From Azolla caroliniana (lineage: Eukaryota > Plantae > Polypodiophyta), in NCBI GenBank assembly GCA_043228905.1, contig JBHGNT010000021.1:2170001-2234000 (forward strand): a stretch of DNA of 64,000 nucleotides, written 5' to 3'. The first letter of the stretch is position 1. Each line of letters begins with the position of its first letter. The notes under the pieces are model-generated. The model made no database searches and was not told the origin of the DNA. It saw nothing but the letters and a program-made list of their open reading frames with translations. Below are positions 11,830-25,161 of the stretch, piece after piece. The translations under genes were made by a program, and so were the position numbers.

Positions 11830-12430
11830 TTGCATGAATTATAAAATACCATGATCTTGATGGAAGTGTTCATCTCTTAAGAAGTAGGAGGGTGTATGGC
11901 ATTTGTTTATTGACTTGGAGAAATTTTGTATGAGGAAGCGCTTCCAAACATTTTCAAACATTTTCAAAACCGAATGAGGCCCCATACCTTCACGCCATAG
12001 AGAAGCCTCAATGCCACCAAAGAGTGAAAAAGGTATTTCTCAAGGACCCAACATTTAATGTCTCCCCCATTGCATATGTTCTCAAATGTATAACAAGCTC
12101 TCTTTCCCATCTCTAAGTTAACAGGTTGCCCATTTCTTTCATTTATGGGTTTGCGGGAACTTCAAGCCCAAATATGTAAAGCTTTCCACGATTTCAAGCG
12201 GGCATCATATCATTGTATGTAATGCATGTCTTATCCTTATTTTGGCTCTTCACAAAGCTTAAATCTTCGTTTTAGAGCTATTGAGAGCGATTGACGCGTA
12301 ACTATGTTACAGATGCATGCGAAACTCATCTAATGCTGTCATATGCTTTTGTGCATCTCCTAATAAAGCATTTACAAAAATGCACCACAACATTCAATCG
12401 ATCGATTATAGGGTGGGACCATCATTAATC
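11830..12430 (-). mobile_element. RTE-like LINE reverse-transcriptase relic
   Basis: Minus-strand translation contains NSSKTKI, LEIVESFTYLGL and LFHSLV..LLYGVKVWG, typical of the RTE RT C-terminal region, with stops. Confidence 0.7.
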
Positions 12431-12654
12431 ATCACATCTCTTTTGTTGTGGGATCTCCTCGAAGCTCTTTATACTCTGGAGACATCACGAGGGATCGAAA
12501 TTTAAATGACCAATGAGGACTCGATAAATGATTGGGACATTTATCATCTCCAAAACAAACAAAATTCAAGTGAGAGATAGAAATAAAGATATTACATATA
12601 TACAGACGCCCCAAAAACGAAGATGGAAATGATTGTATATAGAAATAAAGAAGC

Positions 12655-13010
12655 AAAAGAAATAGAAAAATAAAAATAAAAATAAAAAAAAGAAAAATAA
12701 AAAGAAAAAGAAAAAGAAGAAAAAGAAAAAGAAAAAGAAAAAGAAAAAGAAAAAGAAAAAGAAAAAGAAAAAGAAAAAGAAAAAGAAAAAGAAAAAGAAA
12801 AAGAAAAAGAAAAAGAAAAAGAAAAAGAAAAAGAAAAAGAAAAAGAAAAAGAAAAAAGAAAAAAGAAAAGAGAGAAAAGAAAAAGAAAAAGAAAAAGAAA
12901 AAGAAAAAGAAAAAGAAAAAAGAAAAAGAAAAAGAAAAAGAAAAAATCTAAAAGAAAAAGAAAAAGAAATAGAAAGAGAAAGAGAAAAAGAAAAAGAAAA
13001 AGAAAAAAGA
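12655..13010. repeat. (GAAAAA)n polypurine microsatellite, ~350 bp
   Basis: Directly visible; followed by short (TATG)n and (CAGA)n tracts. Confidence 0.97.
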
Positions 13011-13280
13011 AATATGTATTATGTATGTATGTATGTATGTAGATGAAGTAGGAAGATTTAGGTTAATTTTAATTTGATTTACAAAGCGCTGAAGAGAGAT
13101 TCTTTTCTCCTCTTCATTTTCCACACACACAGACAGACAGACAGACAGACAGACAGAGACAAACAATGAAATGAATGACGACCTTCTTCTCCTTCCTTCT
13201 CATCGATATGAGACGTAGCGCGCTGCTCTAATGATTCTTATCCTCCCTCTGCTTCTTCTTACCTCCCTATCTGCTCAGAG

Positions 13281-16200
13281 ATGAGCAATTCTTGCCCTAA
13301 TTCCTGTGGCTTCTGGCGACCTACTACCGCTTTCTTCTACAGTTCTCGTTTTCTCTGCAGTGAAAGTGGAAGCTTCCATAACCATCGATTCTCCTTCAAA
13401 GAAGATCCCAGAACCTTCAGAATTCGCAGAGTAAGTGGTCTCTTCTTGCTTCCCTTTTGGTAGGGCTCAATTGATTTAAAAAATCCTCTTTTAGTGGCCG
13501 CCGCCTCTGTAACTTTCTGATACTTCACTACTCTGTCGAATCATTTACAAATTTGAAATCGAATCTTTTAGATAAGTTTGTTTAATAATATTGTCCGGGT
13601 TGCTTGAATTGCCAACCAAAATATTATACTGAAATATGTCTCAATGATTGAACGTAACTTAATCCTGAACAACATCCCGAAATTTAGAGACATCCTTAAC
13701 GAAGATTTTTCAAAATTTGAAGGTGATTCTCAAATAACTGAAGTGTAAATTACCGCAAACTCATTTATGTTTGAACACTCTTTGTCTCATGGTTTCACAG
13801 CATCATCTGAAGCGCAACTGATGTGTTGAGTTTTCTATATGTTATTCAAAGTTTGATGTAGGGAGTGGCAAACAAAATAACTGCAACTCTGAAAAGTCTT
13901 CATGAGCTTTTGAGCAAAAATGTCTAGTTTTTGCGTAATGATAGGGTACTTTGTGTGTCTTGTCACGGCTAGCATCTTCTGAATCAGAATGTATCTTTTG
14001 GTTAGGAAAATGAGGAGATGTCCCTATGATATTCTTGGTTTCAAGGTGAGAAGTGGGAAACAAATGCTGCAATTTTCTATAGTTTCAATCATTCACTTAT
14101 TTTGAGCACTTGAAGTAATGTTGATTGAGAAACAAGCTGTTTTGTTTGAGATAGAACTAATAGGACATTAGAGTTAAAAATTTGGGAAATAACCATCATT
14201 CTTTAAAATTTAGGGTGGTGGCCAAAGAAATCATTCAAAAAAGTCCATTGTTCTCTTGAACTTAGGAGATATGAGCAGATTTCGGAAACCTGGAAAGCCC
14301 TAATCATTACTACATATGTACTTAGTGGGAAAAGGAAATAATTTCTTATCAGTTTTATTTTCTAACTATATAATAAGTCCCTTGGTTCTATGTAAGAAGG
14401 GAAACTTTAATGTAGATTGTTTTGTAGATTGTGCTATTTTTATATTAAAAAATTAAATAGCTGTCTGAATCAGCAAAAACCTCAAATGAATGTTTGGTCA
14501 CATTAAAAAAAAGGTATATACGTCATCACTATCCTTCATTCATGTTGTTGTAGTTCAATATGTATTTGTAGGGACTACATTCATTTTGTTTTTTCTAATG
14601 ATCAAATTTCAAGTTGATATTTTGCTTGTCAAGTGCGTGAGCTCATGCTATACTCAAAATATCTATCTCAATTTTCTATGCTCTGTTATATTTACAATTT
14701 TTAGTCAACCAGGGCATGATATCACTCTTCCCGAAATTAAATTATTGATATATGAAACCAAATGTAATCTTTCCATATGCATAAAAGTTTCATTTGGACT
14801 GGTGTATAATCGTGGCCTCCTACAACATTTCTCGATATGCAAAACCATTTCAAGTAACTTGCTAGGTTTGGTACTTTCTCTACACATCTGGGGTCATCTG
14901 ATTGTACCTAAACATGTAATTGGTTTGCAGAGAGGGCATCGGAAGCAGATTCATGGCTTTCATGCACAGGGGAAACAAATTGATGATTTTGAAATAGTGG
15001 AAATTCAGAGTGTTACAAGTGATTGTCACGTTGGATATAAAGTCAAAGAGTACTTCCTCAACCTCTCCTTTCAGATTCGTTTTTACATATTTTCTTTCAT
15101 TAGCATAAATGTCCTATATTTTGGTTAGTAGAATTGCAATCTTAACAATTAGCTAGTCTTAATATTTGGAAACATTTTTTAAGGCTTATGATGCCATTTT
15201 TAATTGATTTGGAATATACACATGAAGTGGAAAGAGAATGAGAGAATAATGACATTAATAGAGACAAAGATGAAATGGACAAAATTTCTTGATCAATATC
15301 AGCAAAATTATGCATCATGAAGGAAGCTGTATACATGGTGGGCGAATAAGCATAATGAGGTTATAGTGCAAAACTTCTTCTATGGCTTTGACCTAACTGG
15401 ATTAGATGCAAGCATATCTAAAGTTGGTCATGGCTAAGAAAAAATATAGAAAATGGGAAGATCCAAAACTTTGTAAAAGTACAGAAACTATTATGCACGT
15501 GTCATATTTATATAGCTTCCAAGTGAAAAGAAGATCTAAGGATTGGTAATCAGGTCAGGCTAACATGAAGTCGCCAGTGTAAATGACATGATCTATATTA
15601 TAAAGAAATCAGAATCTGCTGAAAATAGTTGATGTACTTAATCAATCATTAGGCTCATGTCCCATTGTGTAACAGTAGGGTTCCATGATAGTGACGTGCA
15701 AAGTTTTTCCCAATTGGTAATAGAGTTTTACTTGTTCTCTCCACTATAATTCTCTGTGGATCTGTCAAAAATGGCCTCCTTTGGGATAATAAAAAATGTA
15801 TTCTATTCTATTAAAGAATGGGAAAAGGTCCAAAATACCCCCGAGTTTTTGTTATTTGTGCAAATACCTTTGGTCAACCTCCAAAATGGAGAAAAGAAGA
15901 GTAATTGACCATATAACTGCTCAAATAGCACATGTAAATCCTGTTTGGGGGGGTTTGGCCAAGGGTATTTGGGAAAACAAAGAAAAACTCAGGCCCATTT
16001 CAGGTTTTTTTCCCTAAGAAATTAAGTTAAATGTGATCATTATATTTTCACAATGATTTACATTCTCTTTCAAAGAACTGAAAATTTTAATTTAATGTAT
16101 TTATAGGGGCGACACCCTCACGGCAATTGCAAATAAGTTTAACACAAAATTGCATTCTATTGCCCTTGCAAACAAAATAGTTGATGTTCACTATATACCT

Positions 16201-19200
16201 GCTGGAAAACTGTTGCTTATACCGTTGCAGTCAATAAATTCTGATCAGGTAAGTAAAACTCTATTATGACAGGAACATATGCTCTCTACACACAAGCCTT
16301 GAGCATACATGCATGCATGTGTTTCCTATTGATATGAAAGAATATATATATTTGCCAATGCTGTTGAAGTGGTAGCACATCATTTATCAAGCGCACTAGG
16401 TGTTATTGTGCCTATAGTAGACAGTTCTTGAGGACATCTTTAGTTTTTCTATGCATGAAGTATTCCAAGGCTTGCTAGTAGTTGTTGATATGAAAATAAT
16501 GACAGATTTAGTATTGTGGAATCCAAACAAATGTGTGCTCCTTTTAATCAAACTATCAGAGGATGCTTCCCTTCATTTGTCCAGGTTCTGGTATTTACAT
16601 GGTAGACATGGCATTGAGGGTTTGTAATGTTTTGAACATAGTTGTAAAATACTTTTGCATATAATATGCACACAATATGTATGCTTATTTCAAAAGTATT
16701 TAACCTTTTTTTTAACGTACTTAGAATACATACTGTAAACATAAAATACGTAGAATATGTTAAAATAACATTTATATTTGTATTGCATCCAGAAATTTCT
16801 TTACTAACTTTGGACGATTTGATCTCTCTAATTCATTCAAGTATCAGACAGAAAACTTCATGAAATGACGGAATCATGCCAAAACTTTGCCCAATGAAGA
16901 AATCATTTAATCTCAGACGACATTTTGTGGTCAAAATATTATTACTATTTATTTTTAGGATATGTAAAGTACTTGTTAAATACGTGGAACAGTTTGAAAT
17001 GGCAGTTGTAAAATGCAGAATGCATGTTAAATACTTCCAAGGATTCTAAAATGCGTTTTATACATAAAATGCACATTTTTTGAACATAGAATGTAATATT
17101 CGCATTCTTCTGCTCAATCATTTGTTTGCAAATGAATGCGTATTATGTTTTCTTTTGGTGTTAAAATTTTTTTTTCTCACTTTTTTACCTTAAAAAAAGT
17201 TTTACCTTATAGTAAATAATGAATACAAAGGTATGGTATTTACCATACTTAGGATTTGGCAATGGCTCGGCTCAAGCCTAAACCAAACCGTTAAACTGTT
17301 TTTAAACGGTTGCCAGTTTGGTTCAGTTTGGTTTAGGCTTGAGCTTCCTTAACCAGTTTGAGCTTGGTTTGGGATGGCTGAAGCCGAATGGAACTGATTT
17401 GGGTCAGTTACCAAGCTGGTTAAGACTTAATCAGCTTGGCTAAAATGGTTTCTAAACCAGTTTAGGCTTAACCGGTTTGGTTTGGATAAGGCCAAACCGG
17501 TTAAGCTTAAACCAAACTGTTGCCGATTCCTAACCATACTCAAATGCAAATGCACGTATGGTACGTATGTTTCGTACTATGGTTTTGAAGGCATGGAATA
17601 TGACTACTGAAGTTATAATAGTTTTTTTCCCCTAATACTTTTTTGTTTCTTTATCACAATAATCAATGACATCCATGAATATTTGCTCAAATGCCTGATG
17701 ATTAATCACGAATGATTGTTGCCTTTGCTTCCAACATTCATTTTCCTGCTGGAGAAAAAGTGTTTTTTGTAGTTGGGGCAAGTACAGTGGATGTCCATAA
17801 AGTACTGTAATTATTTCAGAACATGGACAACAGAAATTAGAGTACTAGAATTTCCATCTGTTAAGGCTTAGAAATATGTATAAGGAAGTTTTCTTTCATG
17901 TGATTATGTAATATAAGACACTTTGAGGTATGCAACTCAAGACAATCAGGAACACATACCTGAACTGCCAAAAGGAGGCAAGGGTGGATGCAAATGAAAG
18001 CATCATCCTCTAGTATGTAATCAGCTGATCACTTCATACCGTAGAATCTAATGTGTAATTGATATCTCTTGTACTAGTATCTAAGCTCCCTACCAACATG
18101 GCCCTGCCTAATCTAAGTCTTGGATAGGGAGAGGCCATGTGCAGGAAAGTGTTTTGCTAGGTAGAAATATCATGCAATAATACTGCATAATGTTTCATCC
18201 ATGGTGTACTGATTCAGAGAAATATTTCAGTTCGTGATCGAAACATGCACACCCACAACTCACCAATAGTGCATTTTTGCCGAGATACTAAATTAAAATG
18301 AGGATTTAGCTCACTGATACAACTAGCATAGATGGAGACACTAATTCCAAGTATGCCCAAAATGAATACTTGTCTCAAGTTACATCATATGTTGTTTCAT
18401 GATCTCCTTTCAATTGTAGCCTTGATTGCTCCTTTGTGGATCTTAATTGCATGGAACTGAACCCTGTAATTTGAATCGACATACTATTAAGGCTGGATAA
18501 TGAACAAAGAGGGATCAATCCACCGCTCCCCTTGGACATGCATTGAGAGAATAAATTCCTATGTATCGTCGTATTGATTTGTTATTCACCTCAACAACAT
18601 GGATGCTCAACTCTGTCACGGCGTATGATATTGATAGGGCAGATCCACTGCTCATTATCAGTTACTGATAGCGATTGGAAGATTTGATGGTCTACAAACA
18701 AAAGGCCGTCTGTTGATTATGTTCTCTAGAGTCTGAGAGAGAGGAAGACCACATATTTTTCGGCTATCATGTCTCCTACTTCCTTTTCCTTTTCCTTTTC
18801 AGAGAAGGTTTTGGACCATTATAAATCATTATGGACTTAAAGGGCCAAAGATGCGTGGAACTCTTCTTGCTAGAACTAAAACATCATTACGAGAGACTCT
18901 TGAGAGATATGAAATGCATCCTCTAAGAAAGAGGAAAAAAGACAACCTACCCAATAAGAAGCATCACCCAATAAGAAGCATCAAATTTTTTTCACAGCCT
19001 CACCACTTTCCACCATTTCTGCCCCTCAGCATTCAATAAACACATAGAAATCACCTTAGAGAAAGCCATAGAAATGCTCTGATTTCATTGGGCAATTTCG
19101 CCTTTAATAGACATTGATACATCTTTTCTTCTTTCTCTATCAAAATAATAAAATATCCACACATCCATACAATCCAAACTTTATTGCTTGAAAAACAATA

Positions 19201-22200
19201 CATGAAAGAGTTGGCCAACAATACACAAGTATTTTTTATAGCATCACTTTGATCGAGTCATGCACTTTCTTTGCCCTTCACCATTGTTACTCGGTTGACT
19301 CTACATAACGAGTTTTGCTGGCACAGAATCATCCAAGTCAGGCTAGAGAGGGGCTCAGAGAACCACAGTGCGAGCAGTGGCATGAAAATTTAGCCATCAT
19401 ATGTTCAAATATAGTCCCTGACACTTTCCATCCCATTCGTACTAATGTTTGATGCATTCCTCCACGTTGTCCTGGGGTGGCCTGAGCAACATACCACTGT
19501 TCCGAGTCACCAAGCAGTGAAACTTCATCCTATGCTCCATATGTCAAAGATCTTTCTGCATATGTAGGACTGGTAAGAATTCAAAAAATTGAGTAGTTAT
19601 CCTCCATTCTGTCGAAGACCATGAGCCAACCTTCTGAAACTGCTCTAATTTGCCCACTTACGCAGGATTTTTCTTCTGTTGGTTTTCTTCACTTTGTGTA
19701 TTTCACTCCATACTCCTTCTAAACCTTGAGGTGTATTGATGCCTTGATGATTTGTATGGAAAGTTCTGAAATGGGTGTTGGAATCTCTTTGTATGGTTGT
19801 CTTTGCTATTACTGATACCTCAAGTCTTGACAAAGAGATTTCCTTTTTTGGGTTTCAAATTCTAAATTTCCCATATCACGAGATTCAATATTTAGTTTGA
19901 TTCTTTGAAGATTTTTTATGTGGATACAAACTTGTTTCATTGGGAAATTACTGCAACTATGAGAATTGGATATAGGGGTTGAGTGATGGCACTCATAATT
20001 ATAATAGTTCCTGTTCATGCGATAGTCACTTTTATTGACATAGACTTTAAAACATAGAATCAACAGTGTGCTTTTCTTTGAACTTTTGAAGAAAAATTCC
20101 TTTAGACGATGCAAATTAACCTTCATCATCTATCAAATTTCTACATGTTTCATCAGGTTCAAAGAAAAAATCATCAACCATCGGTAGTAATCAGAAGCAA
20201 TATTGAAGATGAGGTTGATAATGTCATAATGCAATCAGAAAACATTCCAGGAAATTTTCCAAAGCGCACTTCTGCTTCATTTTTCCAAGTTTATCATGTA
20301 AGTTTGGCACTCAGTTTGATACATTTAAAATAGAATAAATAATTTTAAGAAGTTCTGTCTTCTTTTACTTTCTTTGTTTCCTGCCTAAGAGTTAAATTTC
20401 TTCATTAATTTCAATAAGAAAGAAAGAAAGAAAGATATATTAACGTCTTTTAAGAGGCCAAAATGGCCTATAAACAATAGATTACATTGTAAGTGTTGTC
20501 TGGCAGGGAGTGCAAAATTAATGGAAAAAAATCTAAAATCGAAATAAGAGAGATTATAGGGTAAATGACAAAGCAAATTTTGCATAAAAGCCAGAAACAG
20601 TAGAGAAATATTTGAGGGAGAGAGAGAGAGAAAGATCTATTAACATCTTTTAAGAGGCCCAAATGGCCTATGAGACCAAATAAGAGATAGCAAGAGAAGG
20701 TTCAAATTCCAACTAAGGATCAAGATGTTACCTTGTACTGTTATTTCCTGAGGTCATAATTTTAATGTCCTCTTATTCCCTATAGTAGGCTTAAGCACTT
20801 GAGAAAGATGTGATACTGATTCGTGCAGCTTACAGGATTGTATGGTTAATGCTATAATGTTTTCTCTTAGATTTGTAGTAGCCTGAAACATCCTTTGATG
20901 AATTAGCTCTCATAACTTCTTCTTTTTTTCCTCATTCTATTATTCTTTCAATCTGTAATTTATGTCAACCTTCACTCTACCTGATACTACAGACACAAGC
21001 AGGCTTTATTATTTAATTATTCATTCTATGCTTGTGTGAGAAACATAGAAATAATTGGTGTCTATTATATCATATATTTCAGGTTAGAATAAAAGTGAAA
21101 TAGTGTTTGTTGCATCTAGAGATACAATTCTTGGAGGTTGGCCACTGTAGCTTATGGATTTAGAAGAGGTGTATGTAGAGAGAGAAACAAAGAGAGGTTA
21201 TTGTGATGCTAACAGGTTAGAGTAGCATCATCTGTTTTGGTGCTACTGGCTGTATTTTACCTTGTGAGGAAGTGCATATCTTATTTCGATGTGCCAAAGC
21301 CTCAGGAAATTGTATTTCACAACTTGAGAGATGCAGAATCTCAATCAAGGATAAGAAGATGGGAAGGTATCTTAAAAGAAGACGAGAAATTAGATGAAGC
21401 TAATATGGCAGCTTTTCCAGAAGAACAGAGCATATCGGTAAGATGCCATGAAAATTGCCTTTGTATCATTGTAATTTCATGAGTCATCCACACCCTTTAA
21501 ATAAATGTTTGAAGTGTTTAGAATATCATAGACTCATGATATATCTGAATTTGGATGTTTTTTTAAAGATCTTTTATATTATTCCCAAGAGGTTATGCAA
21601 TGAATGTGTTCTTCCAGATCATAAGTCATTCTCATCAATTTAATAGTCGTATTCATCACATCATTTAGAATCTTACAAGACAGAATATCAAAGAAATTTT
21701 GAATGTGTTTCTTCTAGTCTCTTATATCTTCTGCTTGGATATTATAAACTTTTATATGAAGAGTAATATTTTGATTGCAAAAATGATGAGGCATGGCTAT
21801 CATAATAAGCAAACTAGAAGACTAATATCTTGCCAACTTCTGGGTTTTATCATAGTTTTAGATCCTTTTCTGTATTGGGTGTCAAAAGATGAGGGCTAAT
21901 TTGCCTGAGCATACTTACTAACATAACAGTTAATAAGATGCAAATATCCTTATTTCTATCTGAATTGTTTAACCATTGGCTGTCCTTAAATGTAAATTTC
22001 TCTATGCCACCAATCCTAACTGCAGTAGCATTTCCTTACATAAGAGTGCCCATCCTCAGTACATAGATATTGTTATTATTTAGCGATTATTAATCATGTA
22101 TTTTGCATTGTAATATTTAAAACAATCAGTCATGTATCCAGCAGTCATTAATCATGTACAATTGTCATATTTCAATTAACTTTCTTGTCTATATCCTGCA

Positions 22201-22519
22201 AAAGTAGCATGCTATGCTACAAGCCATTAATGGAACATGAAAATATGTTTGAAGAAGATTTTGGTAATTACACCGATATATGCTATGCCACAAGCCATTA
22301 ATGGACTCCGAAAGTATATTTAAGAGAAACTACTTGGTACTTCTGATGGGCATTTTTTGAAGAATTTTCCTTTCGTCCTTCCAGGAACTGGAGGATGAGA
22401 AACTAGAAGAATCTTATGCTCAACTGGAATCAGTATACATGCAATTCCTTGCAGATAGTGGATTGTCAACATCAGGTTATTGGCGAGGTGGGGCACCGGT
22501 TGCCTCAGATAAAGATTGA
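13281..22519 (+). CDS. LysM-domain transmembrane protein with putative plastid transit peptide; exons 13281-13430, 14931-15049, 16107-16248, 20157-20297, 21216-21437, 22385-22519
   Basis: Phase-consistent GT-AG exons give YKVKEGDTLTAIANKFNTKLHSIALANKIVDVHYIPAGKLLLIP (LysM), a hydrophobic segment VASSVLVLLAVFYLV, and C-terminal YMQFLADSGLSTSGYWRGG, which I recall as a conserved end in a plant LysM family. Confidence 0.85.
15820..16014. mobile_element. Possible Mutator-like MITE relic in LysM intron 2
   Basis: Starts GGGAAAA, ends TTTTCCC; internal CCAAAATACCC and GGGTATTTGG inverted motifs; imperfect AT-rich flanking duplication. Confidence 0.4.
17250..17532. mobile_element. hAT-superfamily MITE (283 bp) in LysM intron 3
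   Basis: TIRs TAGGATTTGGCAA and TTGCCGATTCCTA, perfect 8-bp TSD ACCATACT (17242-17249 and 17533-17540), internal AAACC/GGTTT subterminal repeats. Confidence 0.9.
18500..18850 (+). mobile_element. RTE-like LINE 3' relic in LysM intron 3
   Basis: Degenerate HYQLLIAIGRFDG..ESEREEDHIFF resembles the RTE C-terminal H.L.IE.GR..E.E.H motif. Confidence 0.4.
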
Positions 22520-23423
22520 GATGGTTTGAGAATGGTTATATTATTCTGAATTCATTGGCACAGGTATACATATGCTGTCACTGAGCTTCTAATTCCATGT
22601 AGGGTAGTTTGGCTGTATTTGATGAGCCAATCCTAAAAAATGTGACTTAAGAGGGAAGTTCATTGAAATGTAAGCTTTTTCGGTTCAATATGTGCTAATT
22701 TATTTTTTAATCCAATAGCATTTTTTAAATTGTACTATAACCAGACAGTTTTATGTTTTCTGGGAAATGTATGCATGTAATCACTTAATCAATTCTCTCC
22801 TTGTTGCCTCTCCAAATAAACCCTTATACTTTCCATGACTAGAACCTCATGATAACTTGGTGATTGCATGGTACTCAATTATTCCTTTGATGATCTGATA
22901 GTGTTTGAACATGAATAAAACAAACAAGGTGCATGCATAAGAGGATTTGGAGCAACATTGGAAACTTGGAGATTGCATATTTTGTTTTCATTACCTTGAT
23001 CAAATAATAGAGGCAGCTACAAGAGGCAAGCCTTGACAATGCATGAGGTTACTTTTGTTCGTGCAAGGAGAAAAACATTATGAATTGACTACATTGAAAG
23101 GCACAGAGGACCCATGAAGTGAAGATTTTTAGGCAAATGAACTTTATTGACCTCTCATGGACCAAGCCTCACAATACTTGGTTCTCACTGAAATACAATG
23201 CTTGGTATCTGCACATGAAGTAAATAAATATGAATGTATATATTTGTGAAGATTATAATCACTGTTCGTGTTAAAAGCTCATGGTCACTATAGTTATATG
23301 TTATGGGTTTGCAACAGCGATTGAAAAGTATTAAAACTGAAGAAAATCAATGACTGAACTTTATACTTTGACGCACACTAAAATGTGGTTGATGAAGACA
23401 AAATTCAATATCAGTTAATATGT

Positions 23424-23945
23424 TAAGAAACAAAATACAGGATATTAATTAAGGCATTGAAACCATCTTCAAGAACAAGATTGTAGAGTATGATTTGTCA
23501 TGATGCTCATGATATATATATCGTATAGCTGACTTGAGTCAGGTAGTGAGACGCTATACATATTTTATTGAAGTGCAACCAATAGCTTGGATTGATCCAT
23601 ATGTTATGTGTCTACATTATAGTTATGAGGAAAGAGATGTGGAAAGAGACATGTTGGAATTTGATGACAACAAGGTTCAATATCCAACATCCATGTTGGT
23701 TAATTTTAGGCAAGTATAAGTTAATTCACTTTGGAAAACATGCCAATGATTTATATTTTAAGAAACAAAATACAGCATACCTAATTGTTGACTTCTTGAA
23801 ACAATATTGAAGAACTCATGATATAGATGGTATACATCATTGGACACACTTAGGTAGTGAGTGAGTTGCTATACATGATGCTATATTGAAGTGCAACGAG
23901 TAGTTGGATATATCGATATGTTATGTTTGTACATTACAGTTAGGT
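23424..23945. repeat. Old diverged direct duplication (~335-bp spacing) between the LysM gene and CRR1
   Basis: AAGAAACAAAATACAG, CTCATGATAT, GGTAGTGAG, TATTGAAGTGCAAC and ATATGTTATG each occur twice in the same order. Confidence 0.65.
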
Positions 23946-25161
23946 ACCAATAGTTTGGAAAGAGATTAATGTGTTATTATTATTATTAATGTTCTAATAA
24001 TGGTAACCTTTTCAAAGAACTCTTTTTACATTTTAGATAATGTATGGAACTTTTTCCAGCACATATTTTGTTGTTCAACGAGCATCAATTAGATTACATT
24101 TTTTGAATATCTGTACACTTAATAGCCATCTGGTAATAAAGAAATGTTCATTTGGGAATTATCTAACAAAACAATTAATTTTCAAGAATCATATTTTAGC
24201 ATTTTTTCATATTTAAATATTACACAGATTTTTTTTGGCATTGGGATAATCTCCACATTTTTATAATTTGCATTAAGATTAAAGAATAGACTCATAGAGT
24301 TATGCAGACATGGAACATAAAGGATTTGTCACTATTTCAACATTATTTCCCTTGGTCGCATGACAAAATTACTCAAAATTAAATAATTTCGTATGTCACT
24401 AGTTTTCTAAAAAGGAATACACTTCATATCTAGAGAGCTAACTAAAGTTGGATCACACTATAGCTTAAATAGGCTTTTGGGTGGTCATTGGAAGGTTAAA
24501 TGGTTCTTGGATTTGGGTGGGGGAATTAAAAAAGCATATATTTTGTTTCCCCATCAAAGTTTAGGGAAACTGCTTAAATTTACAAGTTGATGTATATATT
24601 ATGTTTGCATTTACACACTTTGCAACTTCACATAATCGATGTTATCCTTGTTCCTAAACACCATATGGTCATTTTAAACAAAGAATATTGCCAGTTTTAG
24701 GATGACCAGTTCTAGTTGAACTAGAAAAGATATGACAAATATTGATGCTGCACATGGCAACAAAGCAATCTGATTGACAATATGTTATCTAATCAATTCT
24801 ATTTGCATATTGTAATGAAACAATGACAAATAAAGATTTGTGTACCTTACATCTATAATCACTTGATAGTAAGAGTTGGCTTTCAGGACATTGATTAAGA
24901 ATAGTCAAGAGAGTTGGAAGTTCACATCAACAATAATTGAACCTTTAGTATTAAATAAAATAATGACATAATTGTTAGAGTTCAAAAATAATGTTACAAT
25001 CTATCATGACATGAACTCACTAAAATTTCTATCTATGCAAAAATTTGAACATGATATTTCGTTACATCTTAACAAATTTGAACATGATATTTCATGAGAT
25101 CTTACCAAAATTTTGTTATTATCAAGAGATCCATGAAGAAAAGTTTGGATGCGAAGTGACT

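Noticed and set aside
14490-15128. 212-aa ORF
   Set aside because: Only 14931-15049 is a LysM gene exon; the rest is intronic read-through.
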